Shown in pieces: positions 42,052 through 52,294 of a stretch of 64,000 bases of DNA. Each line of letters begins with the position of its first letter. Within the stretch, counting starts at the first letter, position 1. A model generated the notes under the pieces. That model made no database searches. It worked only from the letters and a program-made list of their open reading frames with translations, and was not told where the DNA came from. The stretch covers positions 1 through 64,000 of the forward strand of contig CAWENF010000019.1 in the NCBI GenBank assembly GCA_963810275.1, written 5' to 3'. Source of the stretch: an uncultured archaeon (lineage in GTDB: Archaea; Thermoproteota; Bathyarchaeia; Bathyarchaeales; Bathycorpusculaceae). The position numbers and the translations under genes are program-made.

Positions 42052-42784
42052 ATGGCTGTAGCTCAGAACATTCGATGCTCGCACTGCGGCGCCCCCGTCG
42101 AGTTCAAACCTGGCGAGCTTGTAGCAACATGCAAGTATTGCGGATTCACCACAGTCATCGAAACTGGGCGGGCTTTTAACTTTGAGCATTCTGTTCTGCA
42201 AAATGTTTACAGCCCCGAACAGATGGATGGATTAATCAAGGACTGGATGCGCTCTGGATTTATGAAACCCGGCGACCTTGCCAAGAAATCCAAAATCATC
42301 GAGAAAACCCTTGTTTACCTCCCATTCTGGGTTATCCAAATCGAAGCTACAACCCAGTACAAAGGCATATTTGAACGCATCGCACCACCTATAGTTAAGG
42401 AAGGCAAAATCCAAAAGGAGTACGATTGGCTTGTTCTGGCTAGACAGGCGTCGAATTTCCCAACCCGTGAATATGATGTGCCTTTGGCAGGTAAGGTGCC
42501 GTATGACTTCCGCAAAATCGAGGGCTTCGCACAGGTTTTGAACAGTGAGATGGATCGGGAACAGGCTTTGGAGACAGCTAGGCAACAGATTGATGCTCAT
42601 CACCGTTTCCTGTTGCAGCAAGACATTGACCGAATCGTAGAAGAAACTACCAGTGTGGAGCTTAAGCAGATGGTGTATTTGCATGCGCCCGATTTGGTTT
42701 GTCAAGTACGAGTACAAAGGCAAACTCTACCAGATGCTAATTGACGGGGCAAACGGCATGGTTGTCAGGGGAGACATTCCCTAA
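42052..42784 (+). CDS. Zn-ribbon protein (YdjG-like); +1 indel near 42689
   Basis: CSHCGAP...CKYCG, YLPFW, corrected C-terminus HAPIWFVKYEYKGKLYQMLIDGANG..VRGDIP. Confidence 0.75.
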
Positions 42785-42862
42785 TGAATAGGTTTTAGTC
42801 TATTTGAACAACGTTTAAAAGCTACCCCTTTTTTAATCTGAAGTGCGAAAATACAGGGGAAA

Positions 42863-43408
42863 ATGGAAATGAGCGAAAATAAAGATGTTTATGCCCATGC
42901 GAAAAGCCAAATGCGGCTTTCCGAGAAAATCGCCGCTGCGCTGCCTGGGTTCCGCGGGTACAAAGAAAAGGAGCTCCGCCGCGAATCAGACAAACTTTTA
43001 CGCACTCATCTTTACATAAAACTAAGCAAAGCTAAAGATAACGTTAGAGATATTGCTCAGAAAATAAGCGATAAACGTTACTTCGACGTGATGGTTGAAA
43101 TGGACCGCCTAGTCGCCAAAACCGATACTATTGCCGAGAAAGTAAACCACGCCACATACGGGTACTCAGGCTTTTTCGACGCGGTTAAAATCAACGAAAC
43201 GAACCTTGACCGCATGATAGCCTACGACAACGGCTTAATCGATGAAGTCAACGCCCTTACAGACGCAATAGACACCCTCAAAGCGCATCTGTTGAGCGGG
43301 GATTTCAGTAACCTAAAAGACAAAATCCAAGGTATCGTTAACAAGCTTACTTTGCTTGATGAAACCTTTGATAAACGCCTAGAAGATATTGCAGGAGTGA
43401 CCGCATAA
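42863..43408 (+). CDS. Helical hypothetical protein
   Basis: LPGFRGYKEKELRRESDKLLR, YGYSGFFDAVKI; TAATG overlap with the SPFH gene. Confidence 0.8.
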   Translation: MEMSENKDVYAHAKSQMRLSEKIAAALPGFRGYKEKELRRESDKLLRTHLYIKLSKAKDNVRDIAQKISDKRYFDVMVEMDRLVAKTDTIAEKVNHATYGYSGFFDAVKINETNLDRMIAYDNGLIDEVNALTDAIDTLKAHLLSGDFSNLKDKIQGIVNKLTLLDETFDKRLEDIAGVTA

Positions 43409-44391
43409 TGCCACAAGTACTTGAATGGACAAATGTAAAAGGAGAAGACATAGTTTACAGGCATCCAGAAGAAAACATCACATGGGGCGCCCAGCTAATT
43501 GTTAAAGAATTTGAGATTGCAGTGTTTTTCCGTGACGGAAAAGCCTACGATATATTCGGTCCTGGGCGCCACACCTTAACCACGCTCAACCTGCCCTTGC
43601 TAACTGGTTTGCTGACACGGCTGGCTGGTTTTGGCGGCAACAAACCCTTTAAAGCAACTGTCTTGTTTATCAGCACCAAAATCTTCGACGGAAAATGGGG
43701 CACAAGAGCACAAACCACCGAACTCGCACCACTACAAGTATATGGGCAGTTCTGGTTCAAAATAAAAGACACTACCCTATTCGTTAACCAAGTGGTCGGT
43801 GGACAGCAAGCCTTCACAACAAAAGGCGTCAACGACTTTCTCCGCGGTTTCCTAAACGAGAAAATCATTGACGAACTCAGCCACTACGACCTCTTAACTG
43901 TCTTCACACGCCTTGACGAAACCAGCGTAATCGTCAAAAACACCCTAATCGACTACTTTAAACGCGTCGGCATCGAACTAACTGACCTGCGTTTTGAAGG
44001 TATCGACACCACACCCGAGTATCGCGAACGACTCTTCTGGCTAAAAACAGGTCAAACTGCAGCCGGTGACGTGCTACGAATGGAAACAGTCAAATCCGCA
44101 GCTGCCAGCCTTGGACAAGGCGGAGGCGGCGCAGGAGCACTTGGAGCAGGTATGGTTCTGATCCCGCAGGTCATGAACCAGATGAGCGGGGCACCACAAG
44201 CGGCCCCCATAGCGGCACTGGTCATCTGCCCGAAATGCGGCGAAAAAGTGCCAGCCACCAGCAAGTTCTGCCCCAACTGCGGAACCAACCTCACACCCCC
44301 CAGTCAACAAGCCATGAAGTGCCCCAAATGTGGCAAATCAATCCCTGCCAACAGCAAATTCTGCCCTGAATGCGGACAAAAAATCGAGTAG
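43408..44391 (+). CDS. SPFH/band-7 domain protein (YdjI-like) with C-terminal double zinc ribbons
   Basis: GAQLIVKE.E.AVFFRDGKA.D.FGPGRHTLTT.NLP, KWGT, Gly-rich linker, four CPxCG units. Confidence 0.88.
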   Translation: MPQVLEWTNVKGEDIVYRHPEENITWGAQLIVKEFEIAVFFRDGKAYDIFGPGRHTLTTLNLPLLTGLLTRLAGFGGNKPFKATVLFISTKIFDGKWGTRAQTTELAPLQVYGQFWFKIKDTTLFVNQVVGGQQAFTTKGVNDFLRGFLNEKIIDELSHYDLLTVFTRLDETSVIVKNTLIDYFKRVGIELTDLRFEGIDTTPEYRERLFWLKTGQTAAGDVLRMETVKSAAASLGQGGGGAGALGAGMVLIPQVMNQMSGAPQAAPIAALVICPKCGEKVPATSKFCPNCGTNLTPPSQQAMKCPKCGKSIPANSKFCPECGQKIE

Positions 44392-44407
44392 GGAGGGCAA
44401 ACAAGCT

Positions 44408-44752
44408 ATGAGTGGAGAAAACAGTCGATCGCTGCTGTCAATCGGCGTGTTCTTCATCACCATAGTGGTTGCTTTGCTGCTGTATTTGGCGGCTGTTGTA
44501 ACTGACTGGCTGCTGATTGTACCGTTGGTCATCATCTTCAATGGCTTGTGGTTCCTTGTGTTGGCCATTATACGCGTGGGTAGTACGGGGAAGTACGAAC
44601 GCAGCCCATTCAGCACTGCCGCAATAGGCTTAGTCGCCACCGCAGTTGGGGGAGCATGGTTCCTCTTCAGCTACAATTGGATATACTCGCTCATTGTGAT
44701 ACTACTGGTTGTTGCTGGGTTGGCAATCGCTGCAGCAATACAACACAAATAA
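44408..44752 (+). CDS. Small 4-TM membrane protein
   Basis: Four hydrophobic segments; ATG after GGAGG. Confidence 0.75.
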   Translation: MSGENSRSLLSIGVFFITIVVALLLYLAAVVTDWLLIVPLVIIFNGLWFLVLAIIRVGSTGKYERSPFSTAAIGLVATAVGGAWFLFSYNWIYSLIVILLVVAGLAIAAAIQHK

Positions 44753-45046
44753 CATTCACTTTTTTTAACATTTTTTCGAAGTTTCTGCATGCCTCACACC
44801 ACATCCGCAACTTTCAACATAGGAGCTATGTTGGCGTGTGCAAGAAAATCCCGGCACACAACTTCAGATAAATAAAAACACCCTGAACACAAAAAGCAGC
44901 CCCAGACACAATCAATCTTGTGGCGCTCGAGAAACAACACACCTACATAAAGGCAAAAAACAAATAGAAAACTAACCTCTCCAAAAGTTCTCCTCAGAAC
45001 ATTTTTTTATCTCCCTGTAATGCTAATCTGTCAGAAGGCAATCAGC

Positions 45047-46675
45047 ATGAGTGAAGAAATCGTCGGCATGGGCACATGGTACGACATGATGGCTAAGAAA
45101 GTCGTCGAAAGAGAGCAGTCATTAAAGAGGGATATGAGTCGAATACGCACTGAAATGGGACTAGGCGCATCTGGGTTCCCGCATATTGGCAGTTTAGGCG
45201 ATGCCAGCCGCAGCTATGCTGTCACTTTGGCTCTTAAAAACTTGGATTACAACTCGGAGCTTGTTGCCTTTTGCGACGACAAAGACGGACTGCGCAAGGT
45301 TCCCGCTGGGTTACCCGTCGATATGGCACAGAAGCTGGAAAAGCACCTCGGCTACTCCGTCTCCAGTATCCCCGACCCGTTTGGTTGCCACGAAAGCTAC
45401 GGCAAACACATGAGTTCCCTTCTGCTGGAGGCGCTTGACAGGTGTGGCATCCAATACCAATACTACAGCGCCAACGAGGTTTACAAGAATGGGCTACTTC
45501 TAAACGAAATCCGCACACTTCTAACTAACGCTAAACAAGTCGGCGAAATCATCAAGCAAGAAGTCGGGCAGGAAACATATGGCGAAGTACTACCATTTTT
45601 TGCGGTCTGCGAAAAATGCGGGCACCTATACACCACCCGAGCCTACAACTTCGATCCGAAAACCGACCGAGTCACTTACAAATGCGAAGGGCTAGAAATC
45701 CGCGGTAGAAGAATCTCAGGTTGCGGACACGAAGGCGAAGTCGACATCAAATCAGGCCAAGGCAAATTGACGTGGAAAAGCGAGTTCGCAGCAAGATGGC
45801 GCGCCCTTGACATCCGGTTTGAAGCCTACGGAAAAGACATCGCTGACTCAGTGCGCATAAACGACCGTATTTGCCGCGAGGTCTCAGAGTTCGAGCCGCC
45901 CAACCACGCCAAATATGAAATGTTTCTGGACAAAGGAGGCAAAAAAATATCCAAATCAGCGGGTAATGTATTCACCCCGCAGGTCTGGTTCAACTACGGC
46001 TCCCCCCAATCCCTGCTTCTGCTTATGCTGAAACGCTTCGTGGGCACCCGCAGCCTCGACGTCTCGGACATCCCCAGCTATATGAACGAGTTGGATTACC
46101 TCGAAGACGTCTACTTCGGCAAAAAACAGGTCCCCGAGAAGGAAGCTGCCAAACTTAAGGGACTTTTTCAGTACTGCTACGTCCTCAAGCCCCCCGACAA
46201 ACCCAGCATCCACGTGCCCTACAATTTGATGGCGTTTCTGGTCAAGATGGCACCCAAAGACTCCGTAAAGGAATATGTTGCTGATATGCTGCAGAACTAT
46301 GGCTACCTGAACAAAGGTCAGGGTATTGACGCCGGGTTGCAGCAGCGCATCGAGTATGCGTTGAATTGGGTTGAGGACTTTGAGGAAATAAAGGAATCAA
46401 AGGTCGAACTCAAAGCGGAGGAACGCAAAGCCATTACAGACCTCCTCGCTAAACTTCAGGTTGAAGATGACGCGGACAAAATCCAAAACGCAATATTCAG
46501 CAGCGCCAAAGACAACGGAATAAAACCAGCCGCGATATTCCGGCTACTCTACCAGATTCTGATGGGTGCACCCCAAGGACCTCGCTTGGGACCGTACGTG
46601 CTGGCGATGGGCAAAGACAACGTCATCGCCGCGCTGCAAAGGACTCTTAGCTCGCAAGAAACCCAAGAGGAATAA
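45047..46675 (+). CDS. lysS: Lysyl-tRNA synthetase, class I
   Basis: SGFPHIGS, GKLTWK..FAARW, EAYGKD, KISKS, GPRLG. Confidence 0.96.
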   Translation: MSEEIVGMGTWYDMMAKKVVEREQSLKRDMSRIRTEMGLGASGFPHIGSLGDASRSYAVTLALKNLDYNSELVAFCDDKDGLRKVPAGLPVDMAQKLEKHLGYSVSSIPDPFGCHESYGKHMSSLLLEALDRCGIQYQYYSANEVYKNGLLLNEIRTLLTNAKQVGEIIKQEVGQETYGEVLPFFAVCEKCGHLYTTRAYNFDPKTDRVTYKCEGLEIRGRRISGCGHEGEVDIKSGQGKLTWKSEFAARWRALDIRFEAYGKDIADSVRINDRICREVSEFEPPNHAKYEMFLDKGGKKISKSAGNVFTPQVWFNYGSPQSLLLLMLKRFVGTRSLDVSDIPSYMNELDYLEDVYFGKKQVPEKEAAKLKGLFQYCYVLKPPDKPSIHVPYNLMAFLVKMAPKDSVKEYVADMLQNYGYLNKGQGIDAGLQQRIEYALNWVEDFEEIKESKVELKAEERKAITDLLAKLQVEDDADKIQNAIFSSAKDNGIKPAAIFRLLYQILMGAPQGPRLGPYVLAMGKDNVIAALQRTLSSQETQEE

Positions 46676-46782
46676 CCCCCTCCCTTTTCTTTAACGCTGA
46701 GCCTGTTTGCAACCACTAATTTTAAGTTTAGGCAACGTATTTACTTCTCTGCCCTAACGTTTTCCGTTGGGCAAGGCAGGGT

Positions 46783-46861
46783 GGGCCTGTTGTATAGTAC
46801 GGATTATTACACCGGCCTGCGGAGCCGGAGACCCTGGGTTCAAATCCCAGCGGGCCCGCCA
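46783..46861 (+). tRNA. tRNA-Arg(GCG), intronless, CCA encoded
   Basis: Acceptor GGGCCTG/CGGGCCC, anticodon arm CCGGC-CT-GCG-GA-GCCGG, T arm CTGGG-TTCAAAT-CCCAG. Confidence 0.95.
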
Positions 46862-47204
46862 CTCTTTTTGCATTTAGAGCTTGATTCATTCTCTGGATTA
46901 GCGTTACAATATTCGGTAACGGCGTTACTATTTTCTGCAATGCTAAACCCTACACCCTGAAGCAATATCGCCGACTCGCGCATTTGAGCGCTTTTTGCAG
47001 TCATTCGGTGACGCAGCATAAACTGGTGTGCTGCTGCTTTAAACTTTTTAGAGTAATTAAAAAATTCCAATTCCAGTTCAACTTTGCTTTACACTTATTT
47101 TTACAAAGAGACAAGAAGGTGCTGGTCTACTTAATTTCCATTATAAGAATTATACAGCGCTCGCGAGGCAAAATTTGAAAAAATAAAAAAAGGAAATTTG
47201 AAAA

Positions 47205-47986
47205 TTACTTACGGTTTCTAGAAGCATAAATTCCAAAGCCTATCAGCATAGCGACGATTACTACAACAGGGCAATAATTATCCATGTTTCAAAACTCATG
47301 CCACCATTGTTTTCTGTAGGTGTTGATGTTGGCGTTTGTGTTGGTTCAGTGGAACCTACTGGAACGAATATCGCTTGGTACGAAAACGTGGCTCCATATC
47401 CATGATTAACATTGTATGGGTTGTCAGTCGGGTTGAAATTAGCTGGTGCTGCACCGTGTCCAGTATCTACACCATAAATCGTCCAATGAGAGAATTTCCA
47501 GCCGTTGTTTGGCATCGCTGTTAAATCTAGATTTTCTGCGTTTGCCAGGGCATAAGTTCCGGCTGGAGGCATAGTTATTCCGCCAGCTGAAGGTAAAACG
47601 ACGACGATAGCAGCTGTGCTCAAATCTGTTGGCAAGGTTCCTCCAGGAACTGAAGAGGGAATAATAAATACAGGGGTAATAGTGTATGTAACTCCGCCTT
47701 TTACAGTGAAAACCAATGGATTATCATACATGACCAGATCACCTGAGCCGTCACTTGGTGAAACTACCCAACTCCCAAGCACAAATCCAAGGTCTGGCAT
47801 GGCATTAATTGTAACTGATGTTCCATCTGAATATGTGTTAGTTCCCGTAATATCAGTAGTTCCATCTGCAGAATCTTGTATGATAACTGTAGCATCATCT
47901 TGCGCTCTAACTGTTGTAGTGCTGATGGCTGCTGTTAATATAAGTGCAAAAGTCATAGTCAAAACTAGAATTTTCATTTTAATCAT
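47205..47986 (-). CDS. Secreted, membrane-anchored protein with two InlB-B-like repeats and a Pro/Thr linker; -1 indel in the anchor
   Basis: Signal peptide; repeats TINAMPDLGFVLGSW and LTAMPNNGWKFSHW; PTQTPTSTPT; shifted anchor VVVIVAMLIGFGIYASRNRK. Confidence 0.75.
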
Positions 47987-48293
47987 GTTAAAAATTCTCC
48001 GTTCATCCTTGCTTGATATTATTCACCGCTTACTTTATGAAAGCTTGTGGTTGTACCGCTACAAGAACAATTGTGACCGGAATATGCTTCCACTTTTTAG
48101 GTATAGGGCTAGCTAACAATAGAGAATTAAACTTCAAACACCAAAAATATCAACAATACACATCATCTGGTTTAGCAGAAACAAAACACGCAAATGATTT
48201 CCAGCAGGTACTTAGCAGTGAGCAATTGGAAAACCACTGTGGAGTATTAATTGTCTTCTAAATACCGCAAGCAACCGATAACCTCAACTTACA

Positions 48294-48380
48294 GACAGAC
48301 CTGGAGATAGTATTTGGTGGTCCAGATAATGGTGGTAGATGGCGTGAAAAGCACAAATCTCAGCCTTCTCCAGGTCTGTC
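48294..48380. repeat. Perfect 14-bp inverted repeat enclosing 59 nt
   Basis: GACAGACCTGGAGA (48294-48307) ... TCTCCAGGTCTGTC (48367-48380). Confidence 0.9.
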
Positions 48381-48460
48381 ACGTCCTTGTCAATGGTTAC
48401 AAACCTATCAAAGTATAGAATAAATAGAAAACCCAAATGATTCTGCCGCTTACGCGACAA

Positions 48461-49133
48461 TCAGTCTGTTAGTTTTTTAAGTAACTCACCGTTTCCTTTT
48501 TTAGGTCCTATTCTAAGATTCATAAAACTCGCTACTCTTGTCAGTTTTTCCGCGCTAACTTTTGAGGACAACCATTTTTTAGAAACTAACAACACGAGAA
48601 CCACGTTAACAGCTATCAGGTAGGTGGGGAAAGCGACTTCAGCAAACCGGATGGTAGCTGCGGCTAGAAAGCTTGTCATAGGGGCGAATAGGCCGATTAC
48701 GAAAGGGCCAGATGGATTCTGTTTGTGGGCTGTGGTGGGATTTTAGTATGGTTGGCACGGCAGCTAACCCATCGCTTACAATTGCTAATATTATCGCGAC
48801 ATCTGGGTTGTTGGTTACATACCAGAGCACCAGCGCCACTGCTGAGAGCGCACCGCAGAGTAAATCAAAAGAGGTCTGCTTCCAGTATGCTTCTCTGCTC
48901 AGAAAGGATGAAATGAAAATTAGAAACGGACAGAATCCTGACATAAACACTGGTAACACTGCCCAACCTACACCTTCTGAAACAGCCGCTGACGTCGCTA
49001 TGAACGGAGCCACGGACCACATGAACCAAGTAACACGGTTGGGTTTGGTTTCTCCGTGAAACATGCTTCGGATGTAGACTAAGGCGGCTGCTAGTGAGGC
49101 GGCGGCTGCGACAAAAACAAGGTACTCATACAC
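48461..49133 (-). CDS. Multi-TM membrane protein; +1 indel near 48701
   Basis: GETKPNRVTW, D.LAAVPT..K....PQTES; frames join as WPFVIGLFAPMTSF. Confidence 0.7.
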
Positions 49134-49280
49134 TTTGGTGATCCTTCTTTTTATGGAAAAGGTTTAGTGGGAGAGCTAAAAGGTTTCGGACCACTTTTTG
49201 AAAGAAAGGAGGTGGTTGGCGGCAAAGAAAGGTGTGCAAACTGCCTTTTGCACTATAAAGTAAGATAAAAATAAAATGGT

Positions 49281-49520
49281 TTAGCTAAGCCATTTTAAAG
49301 GTATATCTTGGAAGGTACCGTCCGGTAGTGTTCTGCGAATCGTGATCGGCAGTATGCCAACATCTAGCTCAGTTACGGCGATGTCTATGGGGTTTGTGTT
49401 TTCTTCTGCATCAACCAAGATTGGTGCTCCCATCGAGATCTGCAATGCGCGAGCGCCGACTATGCGTGCCTTCTCGAAGCGAGTGATTTTAGGGGGTCCT
49501 ACATTGACTTTTTGCTGCAT
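49281..49520 (-). CDS. rpo6: RNA polymerase subunit K (Rpo6)
   Basis: [30 protein letters not shown]. Confidence 0.96.
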   Translation of the reverse strand: MQQKVNVGPPKITRFEKARIVGARALQISMGAPILVDAEENTNPIDIAVTELDVGILPITIRRTLPDGTFQDIPLKWLS

Positions 49521-49523
49521 GTT

Positions 49524-51191
49524 CTACATCATTCCTGGCATGCCACCCATACCCATTCCGCCGGGCATTCCTCCTCCTGGTGGCATTGGAGGAGCCTTCA
49601 TCTTAGCAACGCTTATGACGTCATCGATCTTTAGAATCATTGATGCTGCTTCAGTTGCGGACTTTATTATTTGCTTCTTTACAGAAAGCGGCTCGTAAAT
49701 GTTAATTTTGGTCATGTCAGAGACTTTGCCTTCGGCTATGTTGATTCCAGCCCAAGTTTGGCCTTTCTCATGAGCTGCACGAAGCTTAGTCAATAAATCC
49801 ACAGGGTCTAAACCTGCGTTCTCCGCGATGGCGATAGCTATTTCTTCAAGCGACTCCGCATAGATGCGCACGGCAAACTGTTCTCTGCCTGAGAGTGTCT
49901 GGGCATACTTTTTGAGGACACCTGCGATTTCCATTTCGGGTGCTGCGCCGCCTGCAACTACTTTGGGTTCTTCAATGAGGTCTTTTATGACGCATAACGC
50001 GTCGTGGATGCTGCGTTCGGCTTCGGCTGTAAAGCGCTGGTTGGCGCCTCTGATTAGAAGCGTGACTGACTTTGGATTTTTGCAGCCCTCAATGTAGGTC
50101 ATTTTGTCATCGCCTGTTTTGCGTTCCTCAACTAGAGCGGCTGTACCGAGGTCGTTTTTGGTGAGGGCGTCGATATTTTGCACGATTTTGCCGCCTGTAG
50201 CTTTGGAAAGCTTTTCCATATCAGATTTTTTGGCTCTGCGGATAGCAACTATGCCTTTGCGTGCCATGAAGTGCTGTGCCATGTCATCTATGCCTTTCTG
50301 GCAGATAACGACGTTTGCACCCGAAGCGGCGACTTTTTCAATCATGGCTTTAAGCATGGCTTCCTCCTGATTTAGGAAGGCTTCAATTTGGTCGGGGCTT
50401 TCAATGTTTAGTTTAGTATCAAACTCTGGTTTCTCATTTTCCAGTGAAACGTCAAGAAGCGCTATTTTGGCTTTCTCCACGCGTTTTGGCATTCCACTGT
50501 GCACGATTTCCTTGTCAAGCACAATTCCGCTTATGAGTTTGGTGTCTGCTATTGATTCGCCTGCTTTCTTCTCCACTTTCACATCGTCGACATCTGCCTT
50601 ATACCCCTCCGCAGTTTTCTCTGCGACGGCAAGCATGGCTTTGACGGCTATTTCTGATAGGTACTCTTTGTGTTCAGAAACTATTTTGCTGCCCATGCTG
50701 GTTACGGCGACTTTGATTAGGTATTCTTTTTTTGTTGGGTCAATTTTTATAGCGATTTTATCAAGTGTCTCAAGGGCTTTTTGTTGCGATAGTTTGTAGC
50801 CTTCGATGATTATGATCGGATGTATGTTTCGATTTATAAGTTCCTCGGACTTTGCAAGGAGTTCTCCTGCGACTATGACGCTGCTGGTTGTGCCGTCGCC
50901 TGCTTCTTTATCCTGTGTTTTTGCGACTTCAACCATCATCTTCGCGGCTGGATGCTGAATGTCCATTTCGTCTAGGATTGTTTTTCCGTCGTTTGTGATT
51001 GTGACGTCTCCGAAGTTGTCCACGAGCATTTTATCCATGCCTTTTGGGCCTAGTGAGCTTCGGACGGATTCAGCTACAACTTTGGCGGCTGTTATGTTCC
51101 CATGTTGGGCGTCTCTTCCACGGTTGCGTTTGGTGCCTTCTTTGAGAACCATTATAGGTATTCCGCCTGCTTGTGTAGGTGCTGCTGACAA
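49524..51191 (-). CDS. Thermosome (group II chaperonin) subunit
   Basis: [29 protein letters not shown]-rich tail. Confidence 0.96.
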   Translation of the reverse strand: MSAAPTQAGGIPIMVLKEGTKRNRGRDAQHGNITAAKVVAESVRSSLGPKGMDKMLVDNFGDVTITNDGKTILDEMDIQHPAAKMMVEVAKTQDKEAGDGTTSSVIVAGELLAKSEELINRNIHPIIIIEGYKLSQQKALETLDKIAIKIDPTKKEYLIKVAVTSMGSKIVSEHKEYLSEIAVKAMLAVAEKTAEGYKADVDDVKVEKKAGESIADTKLISGIVLDKEIVHSGMPKRVEKAKIALLDVSLENEKPEFDTKLNIESPDQIEAFLNQEEAMLKAMIEKVAASGANVVICQKGIDDMAQHFMARKGIVAIRRAKKSDMEKLSKATGGKIVQNIDALTKNDLGTAALVEERKTGDDKMTYIEGCKNPKSVTLLIRGANQRFTAEAERSIHDALCVIKDLIEEPKVVAGGAAPEMEIAGVLKKYAQTLSGREQFAVRIYAESLEEIAIAIAENAGLDPVDLLTKLRAAHEKGQTWAGINIAEGKVSDMTKINIYEPLSVKKQIIKSATEAASMILKIDDVISVAKMKAPPMPPGGGMPGGMGMGGMPGMM

Positions 51192-51813
51192 ATCTTATAA
51201 ACCTCCATTAATGCGAACAACAACATGACATCCTTAAGAATATAAGTATTTCTAGGAAACGCATAGCTATGTGGACAAATAGCAGGCATTTGAAGTCCAA
51301 AAACCAAGTTTTTTTGTTGTGGTGATAGAAGAGTCTGCGTGCACAACTACTTCTGGAATTTTGTGAGGCGGCTGCTTTTTGTGTTCGTTTATTTCTTTGT
51401 CTATTTTGGTATAACAGCAACTTTTTCTATTTAGATTCTTCATAGAAAACACTGATTGTTCTGTGGCATATGGCACTATGCAGAGCCTGCCTAAAAGTGA
51501 GGCTATTCGAACACCATTAATCAAAACGGGTTCTATAATTAATAGAAAAACAAACAATTAGTAAACCCTCCACTATATTTCCTAGAAACATAAAAAAAGA
51601 AAAGAGAAGTAGTCGTTTACAATCCGGCAGCTAAAAAAGCCACGGCAACAGATAATAACAAGATTTTTATGTTCAGCTCATTTTACCTCACCTATACTAT
51701 GGGTGGTTGGTTTGGATGTTGACTTAAACAAAAATCAAACAAAACCAAGAAACAATTGTCTATAGAAAGAGAATCATTTCAGGCTTATTCACGGATGATT
51801 GAGCTTCTGCACT

Positions 51814-52294
51814 TCAAGTGATTTTTTCCAATTTGCAATGTGCTTGAGCTAAGGTTTTCTGGATTTGTTTCCAATGCGCACCTTGCCAGTAAATTTGTCC
51901 GCAGTTTGGGCACCTATAGAATTGTCTGTAGTAGCGGTAAGTTTTCGGTCGCAACTTGTCTTCTAGCGCCTCTCTGGATATAGCTTTCACGGGCGTGTTG
52001 CAGATTGGGCACCGCATATTTTTCATGTCGATTTCCAGTGGGAACCCGAATCTGGCTGAGACTTCGGCTAGGCGGCTTGACTGGGTTTTGCCCGCAACAT
52101 AAAACGCCTCTAAGCCTCTTCTGAGGGCCCGGCGGTAAAGCTCTAAATCCCGTTGTCAATAGCACACGCGTTTCAGCTTTGGCCAAGCGTTGCAGCTCAT
52201 CATCGCCTAACTTGGTCGAGTAGGCAACATCATGTCCCATCATGCGTAGCCAACGTGCAAGAGTACCAAGCATCGCATCCAGCAGAAACTTCAA
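51814..52294 (-). CDS. Mut7-C RNase domain protein; +1 indel near 52153
   Basis: FLLDAMLG.LARWLRMMG.D, LLTRD (corrected), RCPICN...CPNCGQIYWQGAH. Confidence 0.88.

Noticed and set aside
46845-46861. tRNA-Arg 3' end as the attachment site of an integrated element
   Set aside because: No second copy of the 3' end and no integrase seen in the window
48308-48340. GGTCCAGATAAT resembling part of a TPP riboswitch
   Set aside because: The other conserved elements are not present in the right order and strand, and no thiamine gene is adjacent
51615-51690. SD-like GGTGAGGT followed by ATG and a short hydrophobic stretch on the minus strand
   Set aside because: The ATG is followed by a stop after two codons, and the hydrophobic frame is only about 19 aa; at best a remnant
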